A stretch of 64,000 bases of DNA from Actinomycetota bacterium (GCA_036265325.1 DATAPH010000029.1:41347-105346); one strand, 5' to 3'. Positions 38,449 to 48,135 are shown, numbered from the stretch's first letter. Numbers and translations: made by a program. Notes: generated from the sequence alone by a model not told the origin.

Positions 38449-39020
38449 CGGATCACCTCCTCGGGTGTCACGATCGCGTCGACCCGAAGATCGAACGAGC
38501 CGGCCGGCAACGCCTCGTCGACGAGCTGCTCGGCAAGCACGACAGCGATGCGCCGAGCGTCGTGGCGCGTCCTCGGTAAGAACCGGTCGTAGAACCCGCC
38601 CCCGTACCCCACTCTTCTACCGGTCCGATCGACGGCGACGGCCGGCGTCAAGATCACGTCGATCGACGACGGATCGACCAGGACGCCCTCGGCCGGCTCT
38701 TCTGCACCGAACGACGTCGTCGTGGTCGGGTCCCCCGGCTTCCACGCGTGCGCCTCGATGTCGGTCCCGACGATCACCGGGAGGCCGACACGGATGTCGC
38801 GCGCCACGAGCGCCTCGATCAGCGGCAGCATGGGCAGCTCCGACCGAAACGACGAGAACGCGAGGACCGTCGTTGCGCCCTCGATCTCGGGAAGGGCGAG
38901 CACGCGTTGCGTGACGTCGGCCGCCGCCCGATCGCGCGCCGCCGGGTCGGTCGCATCGCGCAGCGCCAGCACGCGACGGCGGACGTCGCGCTTCGCGCGC
39001 TTCAGGTCGGCGGAGCTCAC
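38436..39020 (-). CDS. 5-formyltetrahydrofolate cyclo-ligase (start moved to GTG 39020)
   Basis: KRAKRDVRRRVLALRD...GLPV...VDRTGRRVGYGGGFYDRFL. GTGA overlap with the upstream stop. Confidence 0.8.
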   Translation of the reverse strand: MSSADLKRAKRDVRRRVLALRDATDPAARDRAAADVTQRVLALPEIEGATTVLAFSSFRSELPMLPLIEALVARDIRVGLPVIVGTDIEAHAWKPGDPTTTTSFGAEEPAEGVLVDPSSIDVILTPAVAVDRTGRRVGYGGGFYDRFLPRTRHDARRIAVVLAEQLVDEALPAGSFDLRVDAIVTPEEVIRCAR

Positions 39021-39898
39021 GAACGGAGCGTTTCGGCGATCAGATCCAAACGGTCGGACGGCCCCGCAGCGAGCGGCACCATCCATGTCGCACCCGCCTC
39101 GGTCACGCGATCGCGGAGCCGCCGCAGCTCGTCGACCGTCCCGCGCCAGATGTCGAGTGACCCGCCGGCGTCGACGCGTTGGTGTTCCAGCGTCGCGAGC
39201 TCATCGGCGTCACGGCCGAGCAGGACGATCCCCGCCCAGGTCGGCGGGACGTCCGCCGGATCTCGGCCGGCCTCCCGCGCCCATCCGGCGAGTTGCTCCG
39301 CACGCCCGAGGAACGCTTCGGTGCGCATCCCCCAGCCGTTCCACGCGTCGGCTGCGTTCGCCGCAGCTCGTGCCACACGTTCGGACGTCCCGCCGATCCA
39401 CACCTCCGCAGCGGCGGCCGGTAGCAACGGGCCGCGGACCGCCGAGGTCATCTCGCCGCCGGGCCACGAGTCACCCGCAAGCAGCGCCCGCGTTGCGCGT
39501 GCGGTTTCTTCGAGCAGCACCGTCCGTTGCTCGATCGGCGGGAACGGCAGTCCGAGGACCTCGTGCTCCGCCTTGCCGAACCGATCCCCGAGGCCGAGCC
39601 CGAGCACGGCATCACCCCCGGCGAGGTGCGCGAGGCTCGAGGTCTCCTTGCTCAAGATCCCGAGCGGCCGGTATCCGGCGCGCGACACCAGCACGCCGAC
39701 GCCGAGCCCCGGGTTCGCGGCGGCCGCGGCCGCGAGCAACGTGTATGGCTCCACCGACGGACGATCCGGGCCGCCCGGCGGGAACAGATGGTCGTACACG
39801 AAGACGGCGTCGTAGCCGGCGGCAGCCGCACGTCCGGCGACGGCGAGCGGCTTGCGCGGCTCCGACGTGAACGCCGACAGGAACAAGCCGTACTTCAC
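39017..39898 (-). CDS. Luciferase-like (LLM class) oxidoreductase, probably F420-dependent
   Basis: KYGLFLSAF...AGYDAVFVYDHL. TIM-barrel LLM pattern; GTGA overlap with the ROK gene stop. Confidence 0.65.
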   Translation of the reverse strand: MKYGLFLSAFTSEPRKPLAVAGRAAAAGYDAVFVYDHLFPPGGPDRPSVEPYTLLAAAAAANPGLGVGVLVSRAGYRPLGILSKETSSLAHLAGGDAVLGLGLGDRFGKAEHEVLGLPFPPIEQRTVLLEETARATRALLAGDSWPGGEMTSAVRGPLLPAAAAEVWIGGTSERVARAAANAADAWNGWGMRTEAFLGRAEQLAGWAREAGRDPADVPPTWAGIVLLGRDADELATLEHQRVDAGGSLDIWRGTVDELRRLRDRVTEAGATWMVPLAAGPSDRLDLIAETLRS

Positions 39899-40791
39899 GA
39901 CGCTTCCTCCAGCGCCGAGAGCGCCGCGCCGACGGCCGCGGCGTCGGCACCGAGCGCCGCCGGCACGATGGGTACCTCCGGCCGCGACGTGGCCGCCATG
40001 ATCGTCTCGTGGGAGGCGCGCCGGGCCGGGCCGAGCAGCAGATCGCCCGCGGACGCGGGCGGCCCGCCCCCGACGATCACCAGCGAAGGATCGAAGACGT
40101 TCACGAGACCACCGATCCCTTGCCCGAGGCGGCGGCCGACCTCATCCAGGATGGCACGTGCCGTCTCGTCTCCGGCCTTCGCCGCCGCCACGACACCGTA
40201 CCCGTCGACGCCGAGGCGCTCATGGCCGAGGCGCGTGATCGCCTGCCCACTCGCTACCGTCTCCAAGCAGCCCTCGTTGCCGCAGCCACATGTGATGCCG
40301 CCGGGCTCGACGATGATGTGTCCGATCTCGCCGGCGAAGCCGTGCGCGCCGTGCCGGACGGCTCCATCGACCACGAGACCGCCGCCGATCCCCGTGCCCA
40401 TGCCGACGTAGACGAAGTCCGCGACGCCACGGCCCGCGCCGGCCAGCAGCTCGCCCGACGCCGCCATCGTGCAGTCGTTGTCGACCACGCTCGGGAGCCC
40501 GAACCCCGCCACCTCGGCGCCGAGGTCGACGTCGCGCCACGCGATGTTCGGCGCGAACCGCATCTCGCCCGTCCCACGTTCGACGAGCCCTGCCGCGGCG
40601 ATCCCGATCGCCGTCGTGCTCGGATCGAGGACCTCGTTCACCGCGCGGCGCATCGCGTCGAGCAGCGCGGGAACATCGGTGGCCGGCGTGTCGACGAGCG
40701 CGTGGGCCTGGATCGTCGCATCCGCGTCCACGCGGACGGCAGCAGCCTTGGTACCCCCGACGTCGATGCCGACGGCCGTCGGCATCGTCAT
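39895..40791 (-). CDS. ROK-family sugar kinase (glucokinase-like)
   Basis: AVGIDVGGTKAAAV, GTGIGGGLV and the zinc motif CGCGNEGCLE. Confidence 0.85.
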   Translation of the reverse strand: MTMPTAVGIDVGGTKAAAVRVDADATIQAHALVDTPATDVPALLDAMRRAVNEVLDPSTTAIGIAAAGLVERGTGEMRFAPNIAWRDVDLGAEVAGFGLPSVVDNDCTMAASGELLAGAGRGVADFVYVGMGTGIGGGLVVDGAVRHGAHGFAGEIGHIIVEPGGITCGCGNEGCLETVASGQAITRLGHERLGVDGYGVVAAAKAGDETARAILDEVGRRLGQGIGGLVNVFDPSLVIVGGGPPASAGDLLLGPARRASHETIMAATSRPEVPIVPAALGADAAAVGAALSALEEAS

Positions 40792-41039
40792 CCGATGTCG
40801 ATCTTCTCCAGCCGAACGGGACCCGTCTGCGGTGCGTCGTCCAGCTCGGCGCCACGGCCGTCGATCGCCGCTTGCATCGCGAGGAACATCTCGGTGCCGG
40901 CGCGGAGCAGATGCCCGACGACCTCAGGCCGAACCGGGCGGAACACCGACAGCGTCATGCAGACCGGGCACCAGGCGACCGGACAATGGTCGGGCGCGTG
41001 CTCGGCTTCTGCCGCCTGCGGTGTGGGCTCTGCGCTCAT
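40788..41039 (-). CDS. 83-aa Cys-rich mini-protein (CPVAWCPVC) coupled to the ArsA-like ATPase
   Basis: ATGA overlaps at both ends (41036-41039 and 40788-40791). The remainder of the 225-aa track ORF is shadow over the ATPase gene. Confidence 0.6.
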   Translation of the reverse strand: MSAEPTPQAAEAEHAPDHCPVAWCPVCMTLSVFRPVRPEVVGHLLRAGTEMFLAMQAAIDGRGAELDDAPQTGPVRLEKIDIG

Positions 41040-42235
41040 CGATCGGCTCCTTCCATCGGCTCGCCGTCGGGCGGGCGTTCGAACGCGATCTCCAGGTGCT
41101 CGTCGACGAGCGAGGCGCCGCGGACCGAGAGCCGCTTGAGGGTCTGGGGCAACAACAGGTTCCGTTTGTACGGGCCGACGCGCACGACGAGCTCCTCGCC
41201 ACGACGGTGCACGTCGAGATCGCCACCGGCGACGAACGGCAGCTTCATTCGCAGCACGTAGCCGCCCCCCCGCTTCTCGACCTGGATGGGGTCGTCGAGG
41301 TAGAGGACGGCGGTCGCCTGGCGGTCGCCGTAGATCTCGTCCGACATCTCTTGCAGAAGCCCCACGCCGACCATCTCGCGGTCGAACAGCCGCGCCTCCA
41401 GGATCGGCACCGGCTCGAAGGACTCGTGCACGGTCGCGAGGTGCTCCGCCTGGATGTCCTTCCACTTGCCGAAGTACGGGTCAGTCACGTCGGTCGGCAA
41501 GATCCTGTTCACGACGATCGCGTCGACCCGGTACCCGAACAGACCGAGGTAGGTATAGGTGCGGCGGGCTTCGGCGATCACCATCTTCTCCGGGTTCACC
41601 ACGAGACGAACCGACGACATGGCCTCGTCTGCCAGGATGTGGCGAACCGCGTCGAGGTTCCGGTGCAAACGCTCGACCGCCTCGAACACCTTGTCGCCGG
41701 CGATCGGCAGATTCGTCGTCCGCGACACCAGCGGACGAACCACCTTCACCACGCGGCGCTGCACGGGGAAGATCCGCTCGATGTACCAGTTCATGATGTC
41801 GGGCAGGCTGAGCAGGCGAAGCGTCTCGGCGGTCGGCGCGCAGTCGACGAGCACGACGTCGTAGCGCCCGGATTCCACGTGGGTCTTCACATCGATCAGC
41901 GCGAAGATCTCGTCGATGCCGGGGATGACTGTCAGCTCCTCGGCCTGGATCGTCTCGGTGCCGGCCCAATTCATCACCTGCACCATGTAGTCCTGGATGT
42001 CGCGCCAGTTGTCCTCAAGGCGCTCCTGAGCGTCGATCTGCTGCGCCCAGAGGTTGGGAGTGATCTCGGACGGGGTATCGCCGATCACGACCTCGAACGC
42101 GTCGGCGAGGGAGTGCGCAGGGTCGGTGCTCATGATCAGGGTGCGCTTGCCGGCCCGTGCCGACCGAACCGCCGTGGAGGCGGCGACCGTGGTCTTGCCG
42201 ACCCCGCCCTTCCCCGTGAACAAGATGACTCGCAT
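41036..42235 (-). CDS. ArsA/GET3-family P-loop ATPase
   Basis: ILFTGKGGVGKTTVAAS...STDPAHSLADAF; 399 aa. Confidence 0.85.
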   Translation of the reverse strand: MRVILFTGKGGVGKTTVAASTAVRSARAGKRTLIMSTDPAHSLADAFEVVIGDTPSEITPNLWAQQIDAQERLEDNWRDIQDYMVQVMNWAGTETIQAEELTVIPGIDEIFALIDVKTHVESGRYDVVLVDCAPTAETLRLLSLPDIMNWYIERIFPVQRRVVKVVRPLVSRTTNLPIAGDKVFEAVERLHRNLDAVRHILADEAMSSVRLVVNPEKMVIAEARRTYTYLGLFGYRVDAIVVNRILPTDVTDPYFGKWKDIQAEHLATVHESFEPVPILEARLFDREMVGVGLLQEMSDEIYGDRQATAVLYLDDPIQVEKRGGGYVLRMKLPFVAGGDLDVHRRGEELVVRVGPYKRNLLLPQTLKRLSVRGASLVDEHLEIAFERPPDGEPMEGADR

Positions 42236-42262
42236 CGGCCAGAGCTTAGCCCGGCGAGCCGC

Positions 42263-42703
42263 CTACCCCATCTCGACCCGACGTTTCAGCCGCTCGAGGG
42301 CGTTCTCGATCACCCGCTTGGCGCCCTCGGTGCGTAGGAACCCCGGGACGAGGGGCCCAAGCTCGACGGCCAGCCGGTACGTCACCGCGGTCGAGTCGGC
42401 TTCGAGCTCGTCGAGGAGATACTCGCCGCGGATCTCGCGCACGGCGCCGTGCGCCTCGATCGAGTCCCACGAGATCGCGGTGCCGCCCGGCGCATACCGG
42501 TACCGCAACGTGTACGACGCCTTGCCCAGGACCGGTACGTCGACCTCGAACGCGACCTCCGTCGGTCGTCCGCCCTCGCCTCGCTCGCGGACGTCGACGC
42601 GACGGACCTCGGCCCAGTCGGGGTAGGACTCGTAGTCCTCGATCACGTCGACGACGTCGTCGATCGGCGCGTCGATCACGATCGTCCCCTCCGCGTGCTC
42701 CAT
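42263..42703 (-). CDS. SRPBCC (polyketide cyclase/dehydrase-like) protein
   Basis: TIVIDAPIDDVVDVIEDYESYPDW; 146 aa. Confidence 0.7.
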   Translation of the reverse strand: MEHAEGTIVIDAPIDDVVDVIEDYESYPDWAEVRRVDVRERGEGGRPTEVAFEVDVPVLGKASYTLRYRYAPGGTAISWDSIEAHGAVREIRGEYLLDELEADSTAVTYRLAVELGPLVPGFLRTEGAKRVIENALERLKRRVEMG

Positions 42704-42712
42704 GCGCGGATA

Positions 42713-43387
42713 CTACCGTCGGGTCTCCGACGCAACGGACAGCGCGATCGCGCCCACCGTCACCATCATCAACCCGACGCCGCCCCACAACAGGAACCTC
42801 GATTCGATCAGCAGACTCCGCCGCTCCATGAGTCGTTTCGTCTCGACGGCCGACAGCGCATAGATGCCGCCGGCCGCCGCGATCGACAACGCAATCGACA
42901 GGAGCGTCAGGGGGGTGGCCGGCACACCCGAGAGCGGCAACAAGATCGCGACGAGCCACGCGAGCGTGAACACCGCCCCGCGCGCGAACCCGTCCATCGA
43001 GTACCCGAGCATCGCGTGGCCGAGGCCCGGATACATCAGCGAGCGACGGAACGCCTTATCGCCATCGACCTCACGGCGCGTCTCGCCGCGCATCACCGCG
43101 GCGAACGGCGTGCCGCACACCTCGCACGCCTCCAGGACGATCGGGTTGCGCGTGCCGCAGACCGGACACGGCCAGAACGCGCCGGTTGGTTCCTCGCGCT
43201 CTGGACGCGTCGGGGCGGTGGCCGCGGCGCCGACGGCATCCGCCGTTGCAGGCGTCTCGGCGATCGCCGGCGCGGGGACGGGCGGGGACGGCGGTGGTTC
43301 CCCCAGGTTCGTGAAGCACTGGCCGCACCACTCGGCGTCCTCGCTCACGAGGGCGCCGCAGTTCGGACAGCGTCGCTCGGGGCTCAT
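42713..43387 (-). CDS. Double zinc-ribbon membrane protein (start moved to ATG 43387)
   Basis: CPNCGALVSEDAEWCGQC and CPVCGTRNPIVLEACEVCG are followed by 3-4 TM helices. Confidence 0.65.
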   Translation of the reverse strand: MSPERRCPNCGALVSEDAEWCGQCFTNLGEPPPSPPVPAPAIAETPATADAVGAAATAPTRPEREEPTGAFWPCPVCGTRNPIVLEACEVCGTPFAAVMRGETRREVDGDKAFRRSLMYPGLGHAMLGYSMDGFARGAVFTLAWLVAILLPLSGVPATPLTLLSIALSIAAAGGIYALSAVETKRLMERRSLLIESRFLLWGGVGLMMVTVGAIALSVASETRR

Positions 43388-43428
43388 GTGCGGAGGGTAC
43401 CCCCGGTCTTTGCCGTCGGCCGCGAAGC

Positions 43429-44565
43429 TCAGCCGGTCTCCGCCGCCTCCGTCAGCCACTCGGCGAGGCGGCCGGCGATCTCGGGCCACGTGTGGTCGCG
43501 CAGCACCCGTTCGCGTCCGGCGGCGCCCATCGCCGCAGCGCGCTCGGGGTCGGCCAGAAGCGTCGCGACGGCGTCGGCAACCGCCTCGGTCTGCTTCCCG
43601 TCGACGAGGATCCCCGTCTCCCCGTCCACCAAGGATTCGGGCGCGCCGCCGGAGTCGCCCACGACGACGGGCCGCCCACACGCTGCCGCCTCGATGAACA
43701 CGTTGCCCCACCCTTCGACCTCCAGGCCGCCCAGACGCGTCCGGCACGGCATCGCGAAGACGTCCCCGACCGCGTAGTACCGAGGCAGATCGTCCTCCGG
43801 AACCTGGCCGACGAACACGACGGCGCCGTCGAGCGAGGCCGCCCGCTTCCGAAGACGTTCCTCGTCCGGACCACCTCCCACGATCAACAGGCGCGCGCCC
43901 GGCACGCGTTCACGGATAGCCGGGAGCGCGTCGATCAACGTGTCCTGCCCTTTGCGCTTCACCAGCCGGCTGATGCACACGACAAGCGGGGCGCCGTCGA
44001 GCCCGAGCGCCGCCCGGATGTCGTCGGTCGGCAGGTCCGGACGGAACCGTTCGACGTCGGCGCCCGGGTATAGCACCGTGACGGGCACCTGCGCGGGCAC
44101 CGCGGTCCGCACCGTGCGCGCGATGAACGCGGAGCACATCACCGGCACGCGCGTCGCCGAGCCGGTGGCGCGTCGCATCAACGTGTGCGTGCCGGGCGCG
44201 AGCGAGAGCCAGTACTCGAAGCCGTGCGCAGCGGTGAGGTACGGCAGGCCGCGGGACGCCAGCCGCGGCCCGACGAGTGCGAGTGGATACGTCGCACCGA
44301 AGAGCACCACCTCGGCGCCCACCTCGCGGGCGGCCGCCTCGACCCGACCCGCGACCGCACGCGTCGGCCACAGGAACCGCTCCGGTTGCCGAAATACGCG
44401 GAACGCCGCGGCGGCGTCATAGGCCTCCGCATCGTCCCAATCGGGGCAGAACACGCCGGCGCGATCCGGCGGGAGCTGCTGCCACAGCGCCTCGAGGGTC
44501 CGTTGGATCCCGCCGATCCGCGGGGGGAAGTCGTTGGTCACGAGCAGCGTCCGAGGAACCTGCAC
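43429..44565 (-). CDS. GT4 glycosyltransferase (PimB-like mannosyltransferase family)
   Basis: LLVTNDFPPRIGGIQ N-terminus; C-terminal EGWGNVFIEAAACGRPVV. Confidence 0.8.
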   Translation of the reverse strand: MQVPRTLLVTNDFPPRIGGIQRTLEALWQQLPPDRAGVFCPDWDDAEAYDAAAAFRVFRQPERFLWPTRAVAGRVEAAAREVGAEVVLFGATYPLALVGPRLASRGLPYLTAAHGFEYWLSLAPGTHTLMRRATGSATRVPVMCSAFIARTVRTAVPAQVPVTVLYPGADVERFRPDLPTDDIRAALGLDGAPLVVCISRLVKRKGQDTLIDALPAIRERVPGARLLIVGGGPDEERLRKRAASLDGAVVFVGQVPEDDLPRYYAVGDVFAMPCRTRLGGLEVEGWGNVFIEAAACGRPVVVGDSGGAPESLVDGETGILVDGKQTEAVADAVATLLADPERAAAMGAAGRERVLRDHTWPEIAGRLAEWLTEAAETG

Positions 44566-44585
44566 GCCGCCGATAATGGCCGACG

Positions 44586-45476
44586 ATGGGGATGGCCGAC
44601 CACGACGCCTTCGCGCACGACCTCGCGGCGCTGCTCACCGGGCGCGCATTCGTCGACCTGTCCCACTACCGCAAGGTCCACGTCCACGGCGACGACGCGA
44701 TCCGCTGGTTGCACGATCTGCTGACCGCCGACATCGCAGGCCTTGCCTCCGGCGCATCGTGCCGGTCGCTCCTGTTGACGCCCACCGGTCGCATCCGCGC
44801 CGACATCCAGGTGCTGCGCCGCGACGACGACGCGGTGCTCACGCAGGAGCCCGACCAACCGGACCACATCGGACTGCTGCTCGGACCGTACGTGCTGTCC
44901 TCGGCGGTCTCGCTCGAGGACGCGACCGGCGAGCTCGCGCTCTTCGCGGTCCCCGACGCCGCCGCGTCGTCGATCGGGCTCCCGGGGTTCGAGCCGTCGA
45001 GCCTCGGTCCCGGGCTGGATCTCCTCGCCGCCCAAGGCAAGCCCGCGTGGCGCGTCCAGGACGCGCTCGTGAAAGCGGCACTGATCGAAGCGAGCGCCGC
45101 GTCGGCGGAGGCGTGGCGGATCATCCACGGTATCCCCCGGATGGGTCCGGACTTCGATCAACGATCGCTGCCGTCCGAGGCTGCGCTCGATGCCGCGATC
45201 GACACGACGAAGGGCTGCTTCCTCGGACAGGAATCGGTGGCGCGGATCGCGAACCTCGGGCACCCGCCGCGCGTCCTACGGCATGTGCGGTGTGAAGCTG
45301 CATTCGTTCCCGGCGCGCCGGTGTTCGTCGACGGTGACGCGGTGGGAGAGGTGACGAGCGCGGCGCCGCTCGGCGACGCCTGCGTCGGTCTCGTGCGGAT
45401 CGCGTGGGCGGCGGTCGGCACCCGTCTGACCGACGCGGCCGGGCATCCGTTCGAAGACGCATCGAGCGTGGGCTAG
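44586..45476 (+). CDS. ygfZ: Folate-binding YgfZ/CAF17-family protein
   Basis: GcvT-like fold and the KGCFLGQE signature. Confidence 0.8.
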   Translation: MGMADHDAFAHDLAALLTGRAFVDLSHYRKVHVHGDDAIRWLHDLLTADIAGLASGASCRSLLLTPTGRIRADIQVLRRDDDAVLTQEPDQPDHIGLLLGPYVLSSAVSLEDATGELALFAVPDAAASSIGLPGFEPSSLGPGLDLLAAQGKPAWRVQDALVKAALIEASAASAEAWRIIHGIPRMGPDFDQRSLPSEAALDAAIDTTKGCFLGQESVARIANLGHPPRVLRHVRCEAAFVPGAPVFVDGDAVGEVTSAAPLGDACVGLVRIAWAAVGTRLTDAAGHPFEDASSVG

Positions 45477-45562
45477 TCCATCCGTGTCATTTCGGCGTAA
45501 GAACGCCGTCAAGAGGCTCCGAGGAACGACGAACCCCTTCCGTTCGCGCCAGCACTTCTGCT

Positions 45563-45889
45563 ATGAAACGGTTCCGCGCTGAACCGGTGATGCGCACGAG
45601 GGGGGCGTCAGTGAGGATCGAGCGGTTCCCGGAAGTCGATGTTGCGTCGCTCCCGACCCACCCCACCCCACCGGATTTCTGGCAAGAGCGTGCGGCATGC
45701 TTCGGCGTCGAGCCCGACGTGTTCTTCCCGATCTCCGAGGAAGAGGCCGGCCCCGCGCTCGCCTTCTGCGCCATCTGTCCGATCCGCGAGGAATGCCTCT
45801 CCTGGGCGTTGAAGAACGGCGAACGCTACGGCGTTTGGGGCGGCACGACCGAGCAGCAGCGCCGCCGCCTCCAGCGCCACGTCGCCTGA
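45563..45889 (+). CDS. WhiB-family (Wbl) Fe-S transcription factor. The start is uncertain: ATG 45563, ATG 45590 or GTG 45611.
   Basis: RAAC...FCAICPIREEC...GVWGGTTEQQRRRL. GTG 45611 has GAGGGGGG upstream. Confidence 0.85.
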   Translation: MKRFRAEPVMRTRGASVRIERFPEVDVASLPTHPTPPDFWQERAACFGVEPDVFFPISEEEAGPALAFCAICPIREECLSWALKNGERYGVWGGTTEQQRRRLQRHVA

Positions 45890-45925
45890 CGTCTCGCCCC
45901 CAGGGCCGCCCCTAAACTGGGCGCC

Positions 45926-46987
45926 ATGGCGTCCGCCGCTTCCGAGCAACAGGCCGACGGGCAGATCGAGGCCGTCGCGCCGCTCCGGGTCAGCTTCGTC
46001 GGCGGCGGGACCGACTTCCCGCATTGGTACGGCGAGCACGGCGGCGCCGTGCTGTCGGCGACGATCGACCACGTCGTCCGTGTGCGCGTCACCGAGCGGC
46101 CCGATCGCGTCGTCGCGGTGCGCTCGCTCGATCTGGACCGGCTCGTGGCATACCACCTGGACGACGGCCCGGTGTACGACGGCGCGCTCGATCTGGTGAA
46201 AGCCGCGATCGAGCGCGCCGGCGTGGAGGTCGGCGTCGACGTCGAGATCCGGAGCGAGGCGCCGCCCGGCAGCGGGCTCGGCGGCTCATCCGCGCTCGTG
46301 ACCGCGGTCGTGGCGGCGCTCGCGTTGCTCGGCGGCCGCGGCCTGACCGCGCACGCGCTCGCCGACACCGCCTACCGGATCGAGCGCGAGGACCTTCGGA
46401 TCGCGGGAGGCTGGCAGGATCAGTACGCGGCCGCGTTCGGCGGCTGCAACCTCTTGGTGTTCTCGCGCTCGGGCGTGCGCGTGCAACCGGTCGCGGACGC
46501 CGACCGGCTCGCGGCGCTCGCCCAGGGCTTGCTCCTTTGTTACACCGGGCATGTTCGGCGAAACGTCGGTTTGATCGACCGGCAGATCGCGTTGCACGCG
46601 GAAGGCCGCGAGGAGACCATCCTCGGCATGAAGCGTCTGCAGGAGATGGCGTACGCGATGCGGGACGCCGTCGAACGGGTGGACCTCTCGGCCGTCGGAT
46701 CACTCCTTCACGACGCGTTCGTCGCCAAGCAGCAGATGAACCCGTACATCGCCGAGGACACGCCGATCGAGTCGATGCTCGCGGCGGCGCGCGATGCCGG
46801 CGCGTACGGCGGCAAGGTGTGCGGAGCGGGTGGCGGCGGCTACCTCTTGGTGGCGGCCATCCCCGAGGTGCAGCCAAAGGTTCGTTCGGCGCTCGAGGCG
46901 ATGGGCGCCGAATTCGCACCGTTCGCATTCGCGCCGTCCGGCGTGCGCGCCACGCGCGGCGAGGTCATCTGGACGCCGGCGTCGTGA
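45926..46987 (+). CDS. hddA: GHMP sugar kinase, D-glycero-D-manno-heptose 7-phosphate kinase-like
   Basis: RVSFVGGGTDFPHWYGEHGGAVLSATID and PPGSGLGGSSA. Clustered with gmhB and gmhA. Confidence 0.75.
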   Translation: MASAASEQQADGQIEAVAPLRVSFVGGGTDFPHWYGEHGGAVLSATIDHVVRVRVTERPDRVVAVRSLDLDRLVAYHLDDGPVYDGALDLVKAAIERAGVEVGVDVEIRSEAPPGSGLGGSSALVTAVVAALALLGGRGLTAHALADTAYRIEREDLRIAGGWQDQYAAAFGGCNLLVFSRSGVRVQPVADADRLAALAQGLLLCYTGHVRRNVGLIDRQIALHAEGREETILGMKRLQEMAYAMRDAVERVDLSAVGSLLHDAFVAKQQMNPYIAEDTPIESMLAAARDAGAYGGKVCGAGGGGYLLVAAIPEVQPKVRSALEAMGAEFAPFAFAPSGVRATRGEVIWTPAS

Positions 46988-47532
46988 CCCGGCGCTTCGC
47001 GCTGGTCGATCGCGACGGCACGATCAACGAGGAGCGCCACCACCTCGCGACCGAGGACGAGGTCGCGCTGATCGACGGGTCCGCCGAGGCGCTCGTACGC
47101 CTGCGCGAGCTCGGGTTCGGGATCGTCGTCGTCACCAACCAAGCCGAGGTCGGGCGCGGCAACCTCGAGGTCGCGCAGCTCGACCGGATCAACGAGCGGC
47201 TGCGCGTGCTCCTCGCCGACGGTGGCGCGACCGTCGACGCGATCGAGGTGTGCCCCCACCGGCCCGAGGACCGCTGCGAGTGCCGAAAGCCCCAGCCCGG
47301 GATGGCGCTTCGGGCCGCCGAGCGGCTCGGGTTCGCTCCCGGCGAGAGCGTGGTGATCGGCGATCACCTCGCGGATCTCGGCATGGGCCGCGCGATCGGC
47401 GCGACGACGATCCTCGTGCGAACGGGCCACGGCGCTGCAGCGGAGCGGGAAGCCAGCTACCTCGCGGACCACGTCACCGACGACCTCACGGGCGCCGTGG
47501 CTATCATCGCCGGACTCGTCGGGAAGGAGTGA
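46984..47532 (+). CDS. gmhB: D,D-heptose 1,7-bisphosphate phosphatase (HAD-IIIA)
   Basis: GTGA overlap with the kinase stop. LVDRDGTIN, VVVTNQ and the zinc motif CPHRPEDRCECRKP. Confidence 0.8.
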   Translation: MTRRFALVDRDGTINEERHHLATEDEVALIDGSAEALVRLRELGFGIVVVTNQAEVGRGNLEVAQLDRINERLRVLLADGGATVDAIEVCPHRPEDRCECRKPQPGMALRAAERLGFAPGESVVIGDHLADLGMGRAIGATTILVRTGHGAAAEREASYLADHVTDDLTGAVAIIAGLVGKE

Positions 47533-47535
47533 CCG

Positions 47536-48135
47536 GTGGACGCCGGTGATACGCGCCAAGTCGCCGACACGTATCTCGCTGACGCTGCCGCCATCCTCGG
47601 TGAGGTGCGGGTCGCATGCCTCGAGGACATCGTTGCGGCGAGCGTCTTGTTGATCGACGCCTACCGCGCCGGTCACGGGCTGTTGATCTGCGGCAACGGA
47701 GGCAGCGCGGCCGACGCGCAACACCTCGCAACGGAGTTCATCAGCGCCCTCACGCTGGACCACGCGCGCCCAGCGATGCGCGCAATCGCATTGACGACCG
47801 ATACCTCCGCGCTCACGGCGATCGCCAACGACTACGGCGCGGATCGAATGTTCGCTCGGCAGGTCGAGGCGATCGGGACGCCCGGCGACGTCCTGATCGC
47901 GATCTCGACGAGTGGGACCTCGCCGAACGTCGTCGTCGCGGTTGAGGAGGCGCGTGCCGCCGACATCGCCGTCGTTGCCTTGACGGGCGCGTCGGGCGGC
48001 TCGCTTGCGCAACTGGCCGACGTCACGATCCGCGTTCCGTCAAGCGTGACGGGTCACATCCAGGAAGCGCATCTCGCGATCGAGCATCTGCTCGCGTCGG
48101 TGACCGAGCGCGCCTTGTACCCGGATCACGCCTGA
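47536..48135 (+). CDS. gmhA: Phosphoheptose (sedoheptulose-7-P) isomerase, SIS domain
   Basis: ICGNGGSAADAQHLATEF...NDYG...ISTSG. Confidence 0.85.
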   Translation: MDAGDTRQVADTYLADAAAILGEVRVACLEDIVAASVLLIDAYRAGHGLLICGNGGSAADAQHLATEFISALTLDHARPAMRAIALTTDTSALTAIANDYGADRMFARQVEAIGTPGDVLIAISTSGTSPNVVVAVEEARAADIAVVALTGASGGSLAQLADVTIRVPSSVTGHIQEAHLAIEHLLASVTERALYPDHA

